53,417 nucleotides of DNA. It comes from Planctomycetota bacterium. GTDB lineage: Bacteria; Planctomycetota; PUPC01; JABMSA01. Position numbers and translations under genes: made by a program. Below are positions 8,046 to 16,906 of this stretch, one piece after another; positions within the stretch are counted from its first letter, which is position 1; every line of letters starts with the position of its first letter. The stretch lies in contig DATLAR010000068.1 of the NCBI GenBank assembly GCA_035527355.1, positions 1 to 53,417 of the forward strand, read 5' to 3'. The notes beneath the pieces are model-generated. The model did not search any database. It was not told where the DNA came from and saw only the letters and a list, made by a program, of their open reading frames with translations.

Positions 8046-9338
8046 TTACGTATTTTCAACGCGCAGGAGGTGCGTCTTGCTCACCAGTTTGCCGGCGGCC
8101 ACTTCGTTGAGTGCGGCAATAAGGCTGCCCTCGTGCGCACGGTGCGTGAGCATCACGATCGGCACTTCCTGGCCGGCAAGGCCGCGGCCGCGCTGTATCA
8201 CCGATGCAATCGAGATACTCCGCCGCCCTAGCGCGCCTGCAATCTCGCCCAGCACGCCCGGCCTGTCCGCCGCCATAAACCGCAAGTAATAGCACGTTTC
8301 GATATCGGTGATCTTCTTGACGGGCATCAGCGGCGTGCGGCCGGGGTAGACGTTGAGCGCGGCAAACGACGTGCCCGCGCAACCCAGCATCACCTGCAGA
8401 AGGTCGGCCACCACCGCGCTGGCGGTGGGCATCTGGCCTGCTCCGCGGCCATACTGCATGCTGTCGCCCACGGCATCGCCGTGCAGCCAGATGGCGTTGA
8501 ACACGTCGCTCACTCCGGCCAGCGGGTGCGCCTTCGGCAGCAGCGTGGGATTGACGCGCAGCTCGAGATTGTCGTCGACGCGCTTGCCGATTGCCAGCAG
8601 CTTCAGCACGTAACCCAGCTCGGCGGCGCAATGAAGGTCGTAAAGCTCCGCGCTGTTGATGCCTTCGGTGTAGATGTCGTCGTAGTTGAAATCGACGCCG
8701 AAGCCGAGGCGCGCCAGGATTGCGAGCTTGTGAGCCGAGTCGCCGCCGCCCACGTCGAGCGTGGGGTCCTTTTCGGCATAGCCGCGCTGCTGGGCCTGCG
8801 AAAGCGCCTCGTCGTACGACTGATCGTCGTTCATCATCTTGGTGAGGATGTAGTTGCAGGTGCCATTCACGATGCCTATGATCGTGTCGAGCCTGTTTGC
8901 CAGGTAGCCGTTCAGCAGCGAGCCGATGATCGGAATTCCGCCCCCCACCGACGCCTCGAACGAGAGGCTCACGCCCTTCTCGCGTGCCTTCTGGAAAAGC
9001 TCGGCCCCGTGAAGCGCAAGCAGGTGCTTGTTGGCCGTTACCACCGATTTGCCGGCCTCGAGTGCGCGGAGTATCAGGCTGCGTGCAAAGGCGGTGCCGC
9101 CCACCAGCTCGATCACGGCGGTGATCTCGGGATCGGCCAGAATATCGTTCACGTTGGCCGTGAGCACGCCGTCGGGTAGCTTCACGTCGCGCGGCGTGGT
9201 GATGTCTACGTCGCAGATTCTGCTGAGCTGAATGTCAAGGCCCGTCTTCGCGCGAAGCTCGTCCGCCTTGCCATACAGGATTTTCGCGACACCTGTGCCG
9301 ATCGTCCCGAAACCAACAAGAGCAACTTTCCTCTTCAT
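8046..9338 (-). CDS. hom: homoserine dehydrogenase
   Basis: 430 aa. N-terminal Rossmann MKRKVALVGFGTIGTGVAKIL, catalytic domain, and a C-terminal ACT-like regulatory domain (YYLRFMAADRPGVLGEIAGALGRRSISIASVIQ). Confidence 0.95.
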   Translation of the reverse strand: MKRKVALVGFGTIGTGVAKILYGKADELRAKTGLDIQLSRICDVDITTPRDVKLPDGVLTANVNDILADPEITAVIELVGGTAFARSLILRALEAGKSVVTANKHLLALHGAELFQKAREKGVSLSFEASVGGGIPIIGSLLNGYLANRLDTIIGIVNGTCNYILTKMMNDDQSYDEALSQAQQRGYAEKDPTLDVGGGDSAHKLAILARLGFGVDFNYDDIYTEGINSAELYDLHCAAELGYVLKLLAIGKRVDDNLELRVNPTLLPKAHPLAGVSDVFNAIWLHGDAVGDSMQYGRGAGQMPTASAVVADLLQVMLGCAGTSFAALNVYPGRTPLMPVKKITDIETCYYLRFMAADRPGVLGEIAGALGRRSISIASVIQRGRGLAGQEVPIVMLTHRAHEGSLIAALNEVAAGKLVSKTHLLRVENT

Positions 9339-9397
9339 GCAAATGCTCCGCCACCAGGGTGTGCAGTCCGTTTTTCCAATGTGGGATGCAAGGAATC

Positions 9398-9426
9398 ATT
9401 ATAGCGTGAGCGCGAAACAAGGTAAA
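9398..9426 (-). promoter_or_regulatory. candidate sigma70-like promoter for hom
   Basis: Minus strand: TTTACC (9426-9421), 17 nt, TATAAT (9403-9398). The -35 is only a partial match. Confidence 0.35.
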
Positions 9427-9492
9427 GAAAAAACCGCCTGCGGCGCCGATCGGCCGGGCGCAGCCAGATCGCCGGCTCTGCCTGAAATCCCT

Positions 9493-9520
9493 TTGCAATC
9501 GGCAGCGTGGCAATTATAAT
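9493..9520 (+). promoter_or_regulatory. sigma70-like promoter for the PreA-like gene
   Basis: TTGCAA (9493-9498), 16 nt, TATAAT (9515-9520), about 48 nt upstream of ATG 9569. Confidence 0.4.
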
Positions 9521-9568
9521 TATCGCGGTATCAAAATCCTCCCACTTCCATCGCGTGAGGTCAAGACA

Positions 9569-10723
9569 ATGCCGTCTTTGCACGTCAGGTATTCCGGGCT
9601 GGAGCTGGCCAGCCCCATCGTGGTCGGCTCGTCGGGGCTGTCTGAAAAGGTGCCGCTGATGAAGCGAGCCGAAGACGCCGGCGCGGGCGCCATCGTAATG
9701 AAATCGCTGTTCGAGAAGGAAGTGACTCGCGTGGCTCCCACGCCGCGTTTCGCCATCCTCCGGCACAATCTCAAGAACCACAAAACGTTCACGCTTTACT
9801 CGTACGAACAGGCCAGCGTGTGGGGGCCGGAGCGCTACGCCGAAGAGGTGGCGCGGGCACGCCGCGAGCTGGGCATCCCCGTCATCCCCAGCATAAACTG
9901 CTTCACCGACGAGGGCTGGGCGTCGTATGCGCGGCTGATGGAACAAGCCGGCGCGCCCGCCATCGAGCTGAACATCTCGTGCCCGCACAGCTCGATCACG
10001 TTTTCAGGCGGCGAGGTGGTAGACAACCTTCTGCACGCGGTTGAAGTGGTGCGCGCGGCGGTGCGCGTCCCTATCATCCCAAAGCTCAGCCCGCAGCTCA
10101 CCACGCCGCTGCAGGTGGTGAAGGAAATCGAGCGCCGCAACGCGCAGGGCGTGGTCATTTTCAACCGCCTCACCGGCCTCGACATCGATATCGAAAGCGA
10201 GCAGCCTATCATGCACGGCGGCTATGCGGGCCACGGCGGGCCCTGGGCGCTGGCCTACCCGCTGCGATGGATCAGCGAAATCGCACCGCAAACTTCCCTC
10301 GATATCGCCGCCAGCGGCGGAGCCGTGGCCGCCGAAGACGTGGTGAAATACCTGCTGGCGGGCGCGTGCTGCGTGCAGGTGTGCACCGCGCTCTATATGT
10401 GCGGCTTTGGCGTGATTCGCGAGCTGAACGACGGCCTGACGCGCTGGATGGACAACAAGGGTTACGCGAGCATCGGGCAGTTTCGCGCAAAGGCTTCGGG
10501 AAAGGCGATTCTCACGGCCGACCAGGTAGACAGAAAGCATCACCACGCGGCGCAAGTTGACGATTCTTCCTGTAGCGGCTGCGGCATCTGCAGGGATATC
10601 TGCATCTATGGCGCGCCGCGAATCGAAAACCGCAAGGCGAGCATTTCCGTCGGCTGCGACGGCTGCGGCCTCTGCGTTTACCTATGCCCGAAATCGGCGA
10701 TCACGATGATACGCAAAGAATAG
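9569..10723 (+). CDS. dihydroorotate/dihydropyrimidine dehydrogenase family protein with C-terminal 2x[4Fe-4S] ferredoxin domain (PreA-like)
   Basis: 384 aa. Class-1 DHOD-like TIM barrel (LELASPIVVGSSGLS, IELNISCPHSS with active-site Cys) plus C-terminal CSGCGICRDICIYGAP...CDGCGLCVYLCPKSAI. Confidence 0.85.
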   Translation: MPSLHVRYSGLELASPIVVGSSGLSEKVPLMKRAEDAGAGAIVMKSLFEKEVTRVAPTPRFAILRHNLKNHKTFTLYSYEQASVWGPERYAEEVARARRELGIPVIPSINCFTDEGWASYARLMEQAGAPAIELNISCPHSSITFSGGEVVDNLLHAVEVVRAAVRVPIIPKLSPQLTTPLQVVKEIERRNAQGVVIFNRLTGLDIDIESEQPIMHGGYAGHGGPWALAYPLRWISEIAPQTSLDIAASGGAVAAEDVVKYLLAGACCVQVCTALYMCGFGVIRELNDGLTRWMDNKGYASIGQFRAKASGKAILTADQVDRKHHHAAQVDDSSCSGCGICRDICIYGAPRIENRKASISVGCDGCGLCVYLCPKSAITMIRKE

Positions 10724-10756
10724 CAGGACGGGGCATCGCGCGGGGGTGAGGCAAAG

Positions 10757-12043
10757 ATGAAGAAGCTTCTGTTGCTGCTGGTGCTGCCGGCGCTGCTGCC
10801 GGCCTGCGGCCGCGGCAGGCTGCGGCCCGACACAATCGAGCGGCGATCCGAGCAAGTGCTGGAATTGGCGGGCAGTGGGCACGCCGACCAGGCGTGGCGG
10901 GAATATTCCGAGCTCGCCCGCGAATCCAGGCGGCAGCACCCCGACCTGCTGGTGCAGGTGGCCACGGGCATCCTGAGCGAGGCCCTGGCAGCCGAGCAGC
11001 CTGCCATGCGGCTCGATGCGGTGAATGCGCTGCGCTACGCCGACACACGGTTTGCGTTCAAATCCGCTATCGAAAAACTGGACGATGACGATATAGAGTT
11101 GAAGGTGGCGGCGGTAGAGCTGTTGCGGCTACTTGGGCGCACGGGCACCGTACGCATTCTGCAGCCGGTGCTCAATGAGCTGGCCGCGCCGGCCGCGTTT
11201 GTGGCCACACCCGAAAGCCGCGCCGCCGAGCTGCTGCTGATGCACGTTGCGTGGACGATGGCGGCACTGGGCGAGAAGGGCATGCCCGTGGCGCCCGCGG
11301 TGAACTCGATGAGCAGCCCCGACCCGCGAATTCGCGTGGCGGCCGCGCGTGCACTCGAGGAGTTCCTGAATAGCGATGCCCTGCCCTCGCTGACGTATGG
11401 CATGGAAAGCGACGTCGATTGGTCGGTGCAGTTTGCATCCGCCCAGGCGCTGCTGAAATTCCGCCGCACTCAGCTCGTAGATTCGTTTGCCACCGTAGCC
11501 GCGGAATCCGGAATACCCCAGCGCGTAACGTGGGCCGTAGAGATGCGCAAGAAGCATGGCCTGGGCCCTGCACCCGAGTGGCTGGTTGGCGTGGCCTCGT
11601 ACAACAGTTCGGACGCCGTGCGCAGCGCGGTGGCCCTCGCCCTGGGCCAAATGCATTTCGAGGAGGCCAAGCCGCGGCTTGAGGAGATGCTGCTGAATCT
11701 CGAACCGGAGGTCCAGGTTTCGGCGGCGTACGCGCTCGTGCTGATGGGCGACACCGGCAAACTGAGCGTGCTGAAGCAACTGGCGCGGGGGCCGAAACCC
11801 GAAGGCCGTGAATTGTCCATCACGTACCTTGCGGCGCTCGATCCCAAAAAGCATTACAAGATGTTTCAGGCCGCGCTGAACGATCCTGACCCGCGCGTGC
11901 GGCTGGCGGCGCTAATGCCGCTGAAAGAATTCAGCCTCGACAGGACAATCTATGATTTGGCGCCGCGGCTGGGCGATGACGATCCGAACGTGAAACTCGC
12001 CGCCTCCGCAATAGTGCGTTGCATGAAACCGATAGAGGATTGA
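10757..12043 (+). CDS. HEAT-repeat lipoprotein
   Basis: 428 aa. Lipobox MKKLLLLLVLPALLPAC|G. Repeated HEAT/PBS-type units (SPDPRIRVAAARAL, DPDPRVRLAALMPL, DDDPNVKLAASAI). Confidence 0.8.
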   Translation: MKKLLLLLVLPALLPACGRGRLRPDTIERRSEQVLELAGSGHADQAWREYSELARESRRQHPDLLVQVATGILSEALAAEQPAMRLDAVNALRYADTRFAFKSAIEKLDDDDIELKVAAVELLRLLGRTGTVRILQPVLNELAAPAAFVATPESRAAELLLMHVAWTMAALGEKGMPVAPAVNSMSSPDPRIRVAAARALEEFLNSDALPSLTYGMESDVDWSVQFASAQALLKFRRTQLVDSFATVAAESGIPQRVTWAVEMRKKHGLGPAPEWLVGVASYNSSDAVRSAVALALGQMHFEEAKPRLEEMLLNLEPEVQVSAAYALVLMGDTGKLSVLKQLARGPKPEGRELSITYLAALDPKKHYKMFQAALNDPDPRVRLAALMPLKEFSLDRTIYDLAPRLGDDDPNVKLAASAIVRCMKPIED

Positions 12044-12048
12044 ACGAC

Positions 12049-12684
12049 ATGGACGCTCGATTCATAGCTCTCGAAGGCATAGATGGCACCGGCACTACCA
12101 CGCAGGGCGCAATGCTGCGCAACTGGCTGACAGCGCAGGGCCAACGCTGCGTGCTCACGGCCGAACCTACCAGGGGGCCTATCGGCGTGATCATCAGGCT
12201 GGGCCTCACCGGCCGGCTGCGGTTCCTGCCCGGCGCACGCGAACACGGCGGCGACGAGGCCACCTACGCACTGCTTTTCGCGGCTGATCGCGTGGATCAC
12301 CTCCTCAACGAGATCGAGCCGGCCCTCGAATCCGGAGCCTGGGTCGTCACCGACCGCTACTACCTCTCGTCTCTCGCATATCAGCACCTCGAATGCGACG
12401 TAGAATGGCTGAGGCAGATAAACCGCTACTGCCGCCGGCCCGACGTCACATTCCTGCTGGACGCCGCCCCGGAGCTTTGCCTCCAGCGGATCGGCAAGGG
12501 CCGCAACAACCTCGAACGCTATGAGCAACTGGAGAAGCTCAATGCGATCCGCCGCAATTACCTGGAGATCAGCGAAATCCTGCGTGCCGACGGCGAGGAG
12601 ATCGTGGTGATCGATGCGTCTCAGCCGCCCGATTCCGTGCACCGCGAGATCATCGCCCGCATCGAGAAAACGTCGTCCGCTTAG
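12049..12684 (+). CDS. tmk: thymidylate kinase
   Basis: The track ORF starts at TTG 12019 inside the upstream gene. ATG 12049 gives MDARFIALEGIDGTGTTTQ (P-loop), then TAEPTRGPIG and DRYYLSSLAYQ motifs. Confidence 0.9.
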   Translation: MDARFIALEGIDGTGTTTQGAMLRNWLTAQGQRCVLTAEPTRGPIGVIIRLGLTGRLRFLPGAREHGGDEATYALLFAADRVDHLLNEIEPALESGAWVVTDRYYLSSLAYQHLECDVEWLRQINRYCRRPDVTFLLDAAPELCLQRIGKGRNNLERYEQLEKLNAIRRNYLEISEILRADGEEIVVIDASQPPDSVHREIIARIEKTSSA

Positions 12685-12798
12685 AAATCGCCAAAGGACA
12701 TCGGGCTTATGCCGGAAAAACCCTCAAATTTCACCACTTGGCCTGTCTATAATTATGTATATGGCGCCAAATCTCAACCAGAACCACGTGAGTGAAGC

Positions 12799-15033
12799 AT
12801 GAGCATCAAAATGCAGTGCAAGGCCTGTTTGAAAAGCCTTGAAATCCCTGATGAATTCGCTGGCAAGAAAGGCAAGTGCCCTTTCTGCTTTCAGGTGCTG
12901 GATATCCCTTTGGCGAGCGATGAGGTTTCGGTGCGACCCGCAGGCGCCACACCGGAAAAGCCCGCGCCGCCGGAGAAGCCCGTGGCGAAGTTCCGCCCGC
13001 AGGGCCCCGTGAGGCTGGGCGTGATGCTGCCTGTTGTGGCCGGCCTGCTCGTGCTCGGAGCTATTGCATACGTCGTCATCCAGAAGATGTTCAGCCCGGC
13101 CGATGTGAAAAGCGACTACAAAGTGACCGCGCCGGTCAAGCAGCCTGATGAGGTCGACGAGCCTTTGAAGCCGTCAAAGCCGTCGGCTGCAACACGCTTC
13201 CCGGCAACTGTGAAGGTTGCGGCGGCCCTGAGCGGCGATGTTAATACCTACATCGAGATCGCCATGCCCAGCCAATTCCTGCTGCACCTGGGCAAGCAGC
13301 CGCTATGGAAAAACAAGACGCTGGGCGCCGACCGCTGCACGACGGCCTACGCTGAAATCTGCCGCGCGGCCGCCTACCGTTTCGGGCAGAAGCCGGAAGT
13401 GATCGAGGCAATTCTGAAACCCGCGAAAACCGTCCACCTCGTCTTTTACAGCAGCGGCGACTGGCCGGTGGCCGTGCTGGACCTCGGCAAGACCGCCTCA
13501 CCCGCCCTGCTGCTCGGCGCCAACCCGCCAATCAAGCCCGAACGCACGGTCGAGTCCCACATCGGCGTCCTCGATGAATACAGCGGCAACCTCGAACGGC
13601 GACTGCTCATCGGATACCGCGATTCATTCGCGGTGATCGGCGACCGGCACGACTACGTTCAAAACACGCTGAGAGGGCTGGCCGCCGACGCGCCCGAGGG
13701 TTTGAACCTGATGAACACACCCGCGTTCGTGCACGCTTTGGGCCTGCGCGACGACGGACAGAACTGGCTGTTTGTGAGGCCGGCCGCCGACGTGGCGATG
13801 CGCGAGGCCGCCGTTTCAGGCATGCTGCCCGTCGGGGGCATCGACTGGCTGCAGGCCACGCTGGACATCGGAAACAACAGGCTGAGCGGGTCGTTGTCTT
13901 CCAGCGGAGAGCTGGCCGCGGTGCTGGGCGAGAAGCCAATAACCAGCCTCACTGCCGGGTTTGCCCCGCCGGCGTGTGCGGCGTATGTTGCGGCTGCGGC
14001 CGGCGACATGCACGCGCAATGGCTGCGGATGTTGGGCTGCGAGCCCCAGAATGCGGCCGAAATCCGGGCGGCACTGGGGCCGGAGCATGCGCTGCTTGTT
14101 TTCGGGGCGGGTTCGCAGGCTGACGGCAAGGCCATTGTGGCACAGGTGGCCGACGCAAAGCTGCTGAAGGCGGCGCTGCAGAAGACGCAGACCGTGGTGC
14201 AGAATTACAGGGGCTACCAGTTGGTGCATCCGGACAAGGCCGGGCAGGTTTACGCGTACAATGATGCGATGCTCATCGTTGGCAGCGGCGAAGCCGCTGT
14301 GAAAAGCTGTATCGACGCGGCGGCATCGGGCAACAGCCTCGCAAAGAGCAGGGGCTTTGAAACGGCCCGGAAGCAAAATGCGATTCTGCTCGTAGTGGCA
14401 AACCCGGCCGCTCTGCTGCCGGCGAAGAAAGAACCACTTTTTGCCGAAGACGCTCTCATGTCGGTGGCGGTGTATAAGGAGGATGGCGTAAACCGCATCG
14501 CGGGCGACCTCAACGCGCTCGGCGTGCTGTGCGCGTATTTTTCCGATACCGCCCAGCAGCGGCAGCTTGCCCAGGAACGCGCACGAAAAGATGAGATAGC
14601 ACGCTCCGCCGCTGAATGCGCCCGCAACCTCACCGAAATCAGCAACGCGATAAACCTCTTCATCGCAGACGACGATAACCTGGAGGTTTTTCAGTATCCC
14701 AGGCGAATAAGCGAAGTGATCAAGAAAGGCCACCTGACCGACACCAGCCTGCTGTGTTGTCCGCTCGACAAAACGCCGGGCGTCACCGCCGACAACGTGC
14801 AGAGCAGCTACGATTTCGTCTTCGGCCTCTTCAAGTATGGGCTGTCGGCCGGCTTTTCAATGCAAGCCATCGTGGCTTGGGAGCGGCAGCCCAACCACGA
14901 CGGCAAGCACCAGGCGATTTTCATCGATGGCCAGGTGAGGCTGCTTACGCCCGAAGAACTGAAGCAGGCGATCGAGCAGGCACGCGATGATGCCGCCGCA
15001 AAAACCAAGCCGGTGAACCTGCCCCCGCGGTAG
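12799..15033 (+). CDS. zinc-ribbon / single-TM protein with large extracytoplasmic region and C-terminal DUF1559-like H-X9-DG module
   Basis: 744 aa. N-terminal CKAC-x17-CPFC zinc ribbon, Pro-rich linker, TM helix LGVMLPVVAGLLVLGAIAYVVI. C-terminal ARSAAECARNLTEISNAINLF resembles the AREAARRxQCxNNLKQIGLAxHNY block of planctomycete pseudopilin-like proteins. HDGKHQAIFIDG fits H-X9-DG. Confidence 0.8.
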   Translation: MSIKMQCKACLKSLEIPDEFAGKKGKCPFCFQVLDIPLASDEVSVRPAGATPEKPAPPEKPVAKFRPQGPVRLGVMLPVVAGLLVLGAIAYVVIQKMFSPADVKSDYKVTAPVKQPDEVDEPLKPSKPSAATRFPATVKVAAALSGDVNTYIEIAMPSQFLLHLGKQPLWKNKTLGADRCTTAYAEICRAAAYRFGQKPEVIEAILKPAKTVHLVFYSSGDWPVAVLDLGKTASPALLLGANPPIKPERTVESHIGVLDEYSGNLERRLLIGYRDSFAVIGDRHDYVQNTLRGLAADAPEGLNLMNTPAFVHALGLRDDGQNWLFVRPAADVAMREAAVSGMLPVGGIDWLQATLDIGNNRLSGSLSSSGELAAVLGEKPITSLTAGFAPPACAAYVAAAAGDMHAQWLRMLGCEPQNAAEIRAALGPEHALLVFGAGSQADGKAIVAQVADAKLLKAALQKTQTVVQNYRGYQLVHPDKAGQVYAYNDAMLIVGSGEAAVKSCIDAAASGNSLAKSRGFETARKQNAILLVVANPAALLPAKKEPLFAEDALMSVAVYKEDGVNRIAGDLNALGVLCAYFSDTAQQRQLAQERARKDEIARSAAECARNLTEISNAINLFIADDDNLEVFQYPRRISEVIKKGHLTDTSLLCCPLDKTPGVTADNVQSSYDFVFGLFKYGLSAGFSMQAIVAWERQPNHDGKHQAIFIDGQVRLLTPEELKQAIEQARDDAAAKTKPVNLPPR

Positions 15034-15110
15034 CGCTGGCGCATTCTGATTCCAAATGTAATCGCTTCTGCCGATGACCAAACGGCTGAAGTCTTCCGGA
15101 AGGTTTGTTG

Positions 15111-16406
15111 ATGGACAACCTGTACGAAAAGACCACCCTGCCCAACGGGCTGAGAGTGATCAAGCTGCGTATGCCCGCCGTGCATTCGGTGGCAGCGGGG
15201 CTTTATGTGAAGGTGGGGCCGAGATTTGAAACTCCCGACGAGAGCGGCGTCAGCCATTTCGTTGAGCACATGCTCTTCAAGGGCACGCCCACGCTGCCAA
15301 ACTCGCGCACCATCTCGGAGATCATCGATAACATCGGCGCGGACATCAACGGCAGCACGATGCCTGAGTACTCCGAGTTCTCTTTGATCGTCCATCCGCG
15401 CCATCTCGATGAGGGCCTGCGCATCTTCGGCGATCTGGTCATCAATTCCACCTTCGACCCCGCCGAACTCGAAAACGAGAAACGCATCGTCGCCGAAGAG
15501 ATCAACCAGTACCTCGACGTCGCGGGCGACAGCGTGAACCTCGACGAGCTGGCCTACAACCTCCTCTGGCCCACCGAGTCCAGATTCTACAGCGCGCTCG
15601 GCACCGACGAAACAGTCCAGCGGTTAAGCCGGGACATGGTACTCAGCCACTACCGCAAATACTACGTGCCCGGCAACATGGTGCTGGCGATCGCGGGCAG
15701 CTTCGATTCGGCGCGCGTCGACAAGTCGATCTCCGAGATTTTCGGTTCCATCAGCGGCAGCGTTGACATCGTCGAACCGAAGCACGTGAGCGGAGCCACC
15801 TTCCCGCGCATGATCTACAAGAAAATGCCGACCAGGATGGGATACATGAAGCTCTGCCACAAGGCGGTCTCTTACCGCCACGCCGACCTCCTGGCCGTGC
15901 TGGTAGTGTGCGATATCCTCGGCGGCGGCACTGCCTCAAAGCTCTTCTCGAAGCTCCGCGAAGAACAGGGCCTCGTTTACGACGTGTCTGCTACCGCCGC
16001 ACTCTACTCCGACGTCGGCTCCATCGACGTAGTCACCAGCACCATCCGCGCAAAGCTCGTCCCCACGCTCGAAAGCATCCTCGAACAGATTCGATCGCTC
16101 CGCGACAACGGCGTGAGCGAGCAGGAGCTTGCCCGCGTGAAGGACCGCGTGGAATGCCAGATGGAATTCCTGCTCGACAGCCCGGCCGACCTTACCGAAT
16201 GGTTCGGCGTGCGCGAATTGCTCGCATCGCCCGAAAAACTGGAGACGCCTGCTACCGAGGTGGAGCGGCTGCGGGCCGTAAGCACGGCCGACGTGAACAG
16301 GGTGATGAAGGAATACCTCATGCCGCAGCGCCGCGGCCTGGTGCTTGTGGGCGCCTGCACGTGGATGCAGCGAAGGAAAATCGAGAAGCTGCTGGTGGAA
16401 GCATGA
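15111..16406 (+). CDS. M16 family zinc metallopeptidase (insulinase/pitrilysin-like)
   Basis: ATG 15111 with GGAAGG 7 nt upstream; the track start 15105 is a TTG. HxxEH zinc motif in SHFVEHMLFKGT. N-terminus MDNLYEKTTLPNGLRV is typical of the family. Confidence 0.9.
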   Translation: MDNLYEKTTLPNGLRVIKLRMPAVHSVAAGLYVKVGPRFETPDESGVSHFVEHMLFKGTPTLPNSRTISEIIDNIGADINGSTMPEYSEFSLIVHPRHLDEGLRIFGDLVINSTFDPAELENEKRIVAEEINQYLDVAGDSVNLDELAYNLLWPTESRFYSALGTDETVQRLSRDMVLSHYRKYYVPGNMVLAIAGSFDSARVDKSISEIFGSISGSVDIVEPKHVSGATFPRMIYKKMPTRMGYMKLCHKAVSYRHADLLAVLVVCDILGGGTASKLFSKLREEQGLVYDVSATAALYSDVGSIDVVTSTIRAKLVPTLESILEQIRSLRDNGVSEQELARVKDRVECQMEFLLDSPADLTEWFGVRELLASPEKLETPATEVERLRAVSTADVNRVMKEYLMPQRRGLVLVGACTWMQRRKIEKLLVEA

Positions 16407-16440
16407 CCGCCTCATCCAACGGCCCTCACGCTTGAAACGC

Positions 16441-16470
16441 GCAAGGGGCGGAAGCCTTTCCACCCCTTGC
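16441..16470. terminator. hairpin between convergent genes (possible bidirectional terminator)
   Basis: GCAAGGGG (16441-16448) / CCCCTTGC (16463-16470), 8-bp stem, 14-nt loop. No clean U-tract. Confidence 0.3.
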
Positions 16471-16498
16471 CGCTTCATTCAAGTCTCAATCGCTGGTT

Positions 16499-16720
16499 TC
16501 AACGCAGCACGGCCGCCCCGCGATACGACTGAATCAGCATTGGCTTGGTAAACGTGATGGGCGTGTTGCCCGCGCCGGTATACGTGCCGCCGCGGAACCA
16601 GAGAAACCCGTTGTTTGGCACGCGCGAGTTCCCTTCCGATGCCGTGTTGTACGGATTACCCATTGTGCCCGACTCCGTACCGCTGAAGGAGCTGTCCACG
16701 TAAATCCAGTGCTCCGGCAC
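16499..16720 (-). pseudogene. 73-codon remnant resembling the N-terminal start of a right-handed beta-helix (pectate-lyase-fold) protein
   Basis: (GTG)PEHWIYVDSSFSGTESGTMGNPYNTASEGNSRVPNNGFLWFRGGTYTGAGNTPITF matches the 'YVD..G.D...GT...P..T......a..Gd.i....GtY' opening of such proteins. An in-frame TAG lies 9 nt (three codons) upstream of the GTG, with no signal peptide, and a stop follows after 73 codons. Confidence 0.3.
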
Positions 16721-16776
16721 GCAATACGGCTAAATCGGGTAAGATTCTCAGAATACGGCGCAAGCCGATGCCGGCC

Positions 16777-16826
16777 GGCGAAAAGCCAAGAGCGGGTCGA
16801 GGTAACGCACCTCTCCCCGCTCTTGG
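16777..16826 (-). terminator. terminator hairpin after the sigma/anti-sigma operon
   Basis: Minus strand: CCAAGAGCGGG - 19 nt - CCCGCTCTTGG (16826-16786), an 11-bp stem, followed by CTTTTCGCC. Confidence 0.4.
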
Positions 16827-16906
16827 TAAGGTCTTCCCCTGGGCCTAATCGGAGGAAAGACCTCGTAATTCGGCTGTTACGGTTTTGCAGCCGGAAAGCT
16901 CGGCCA

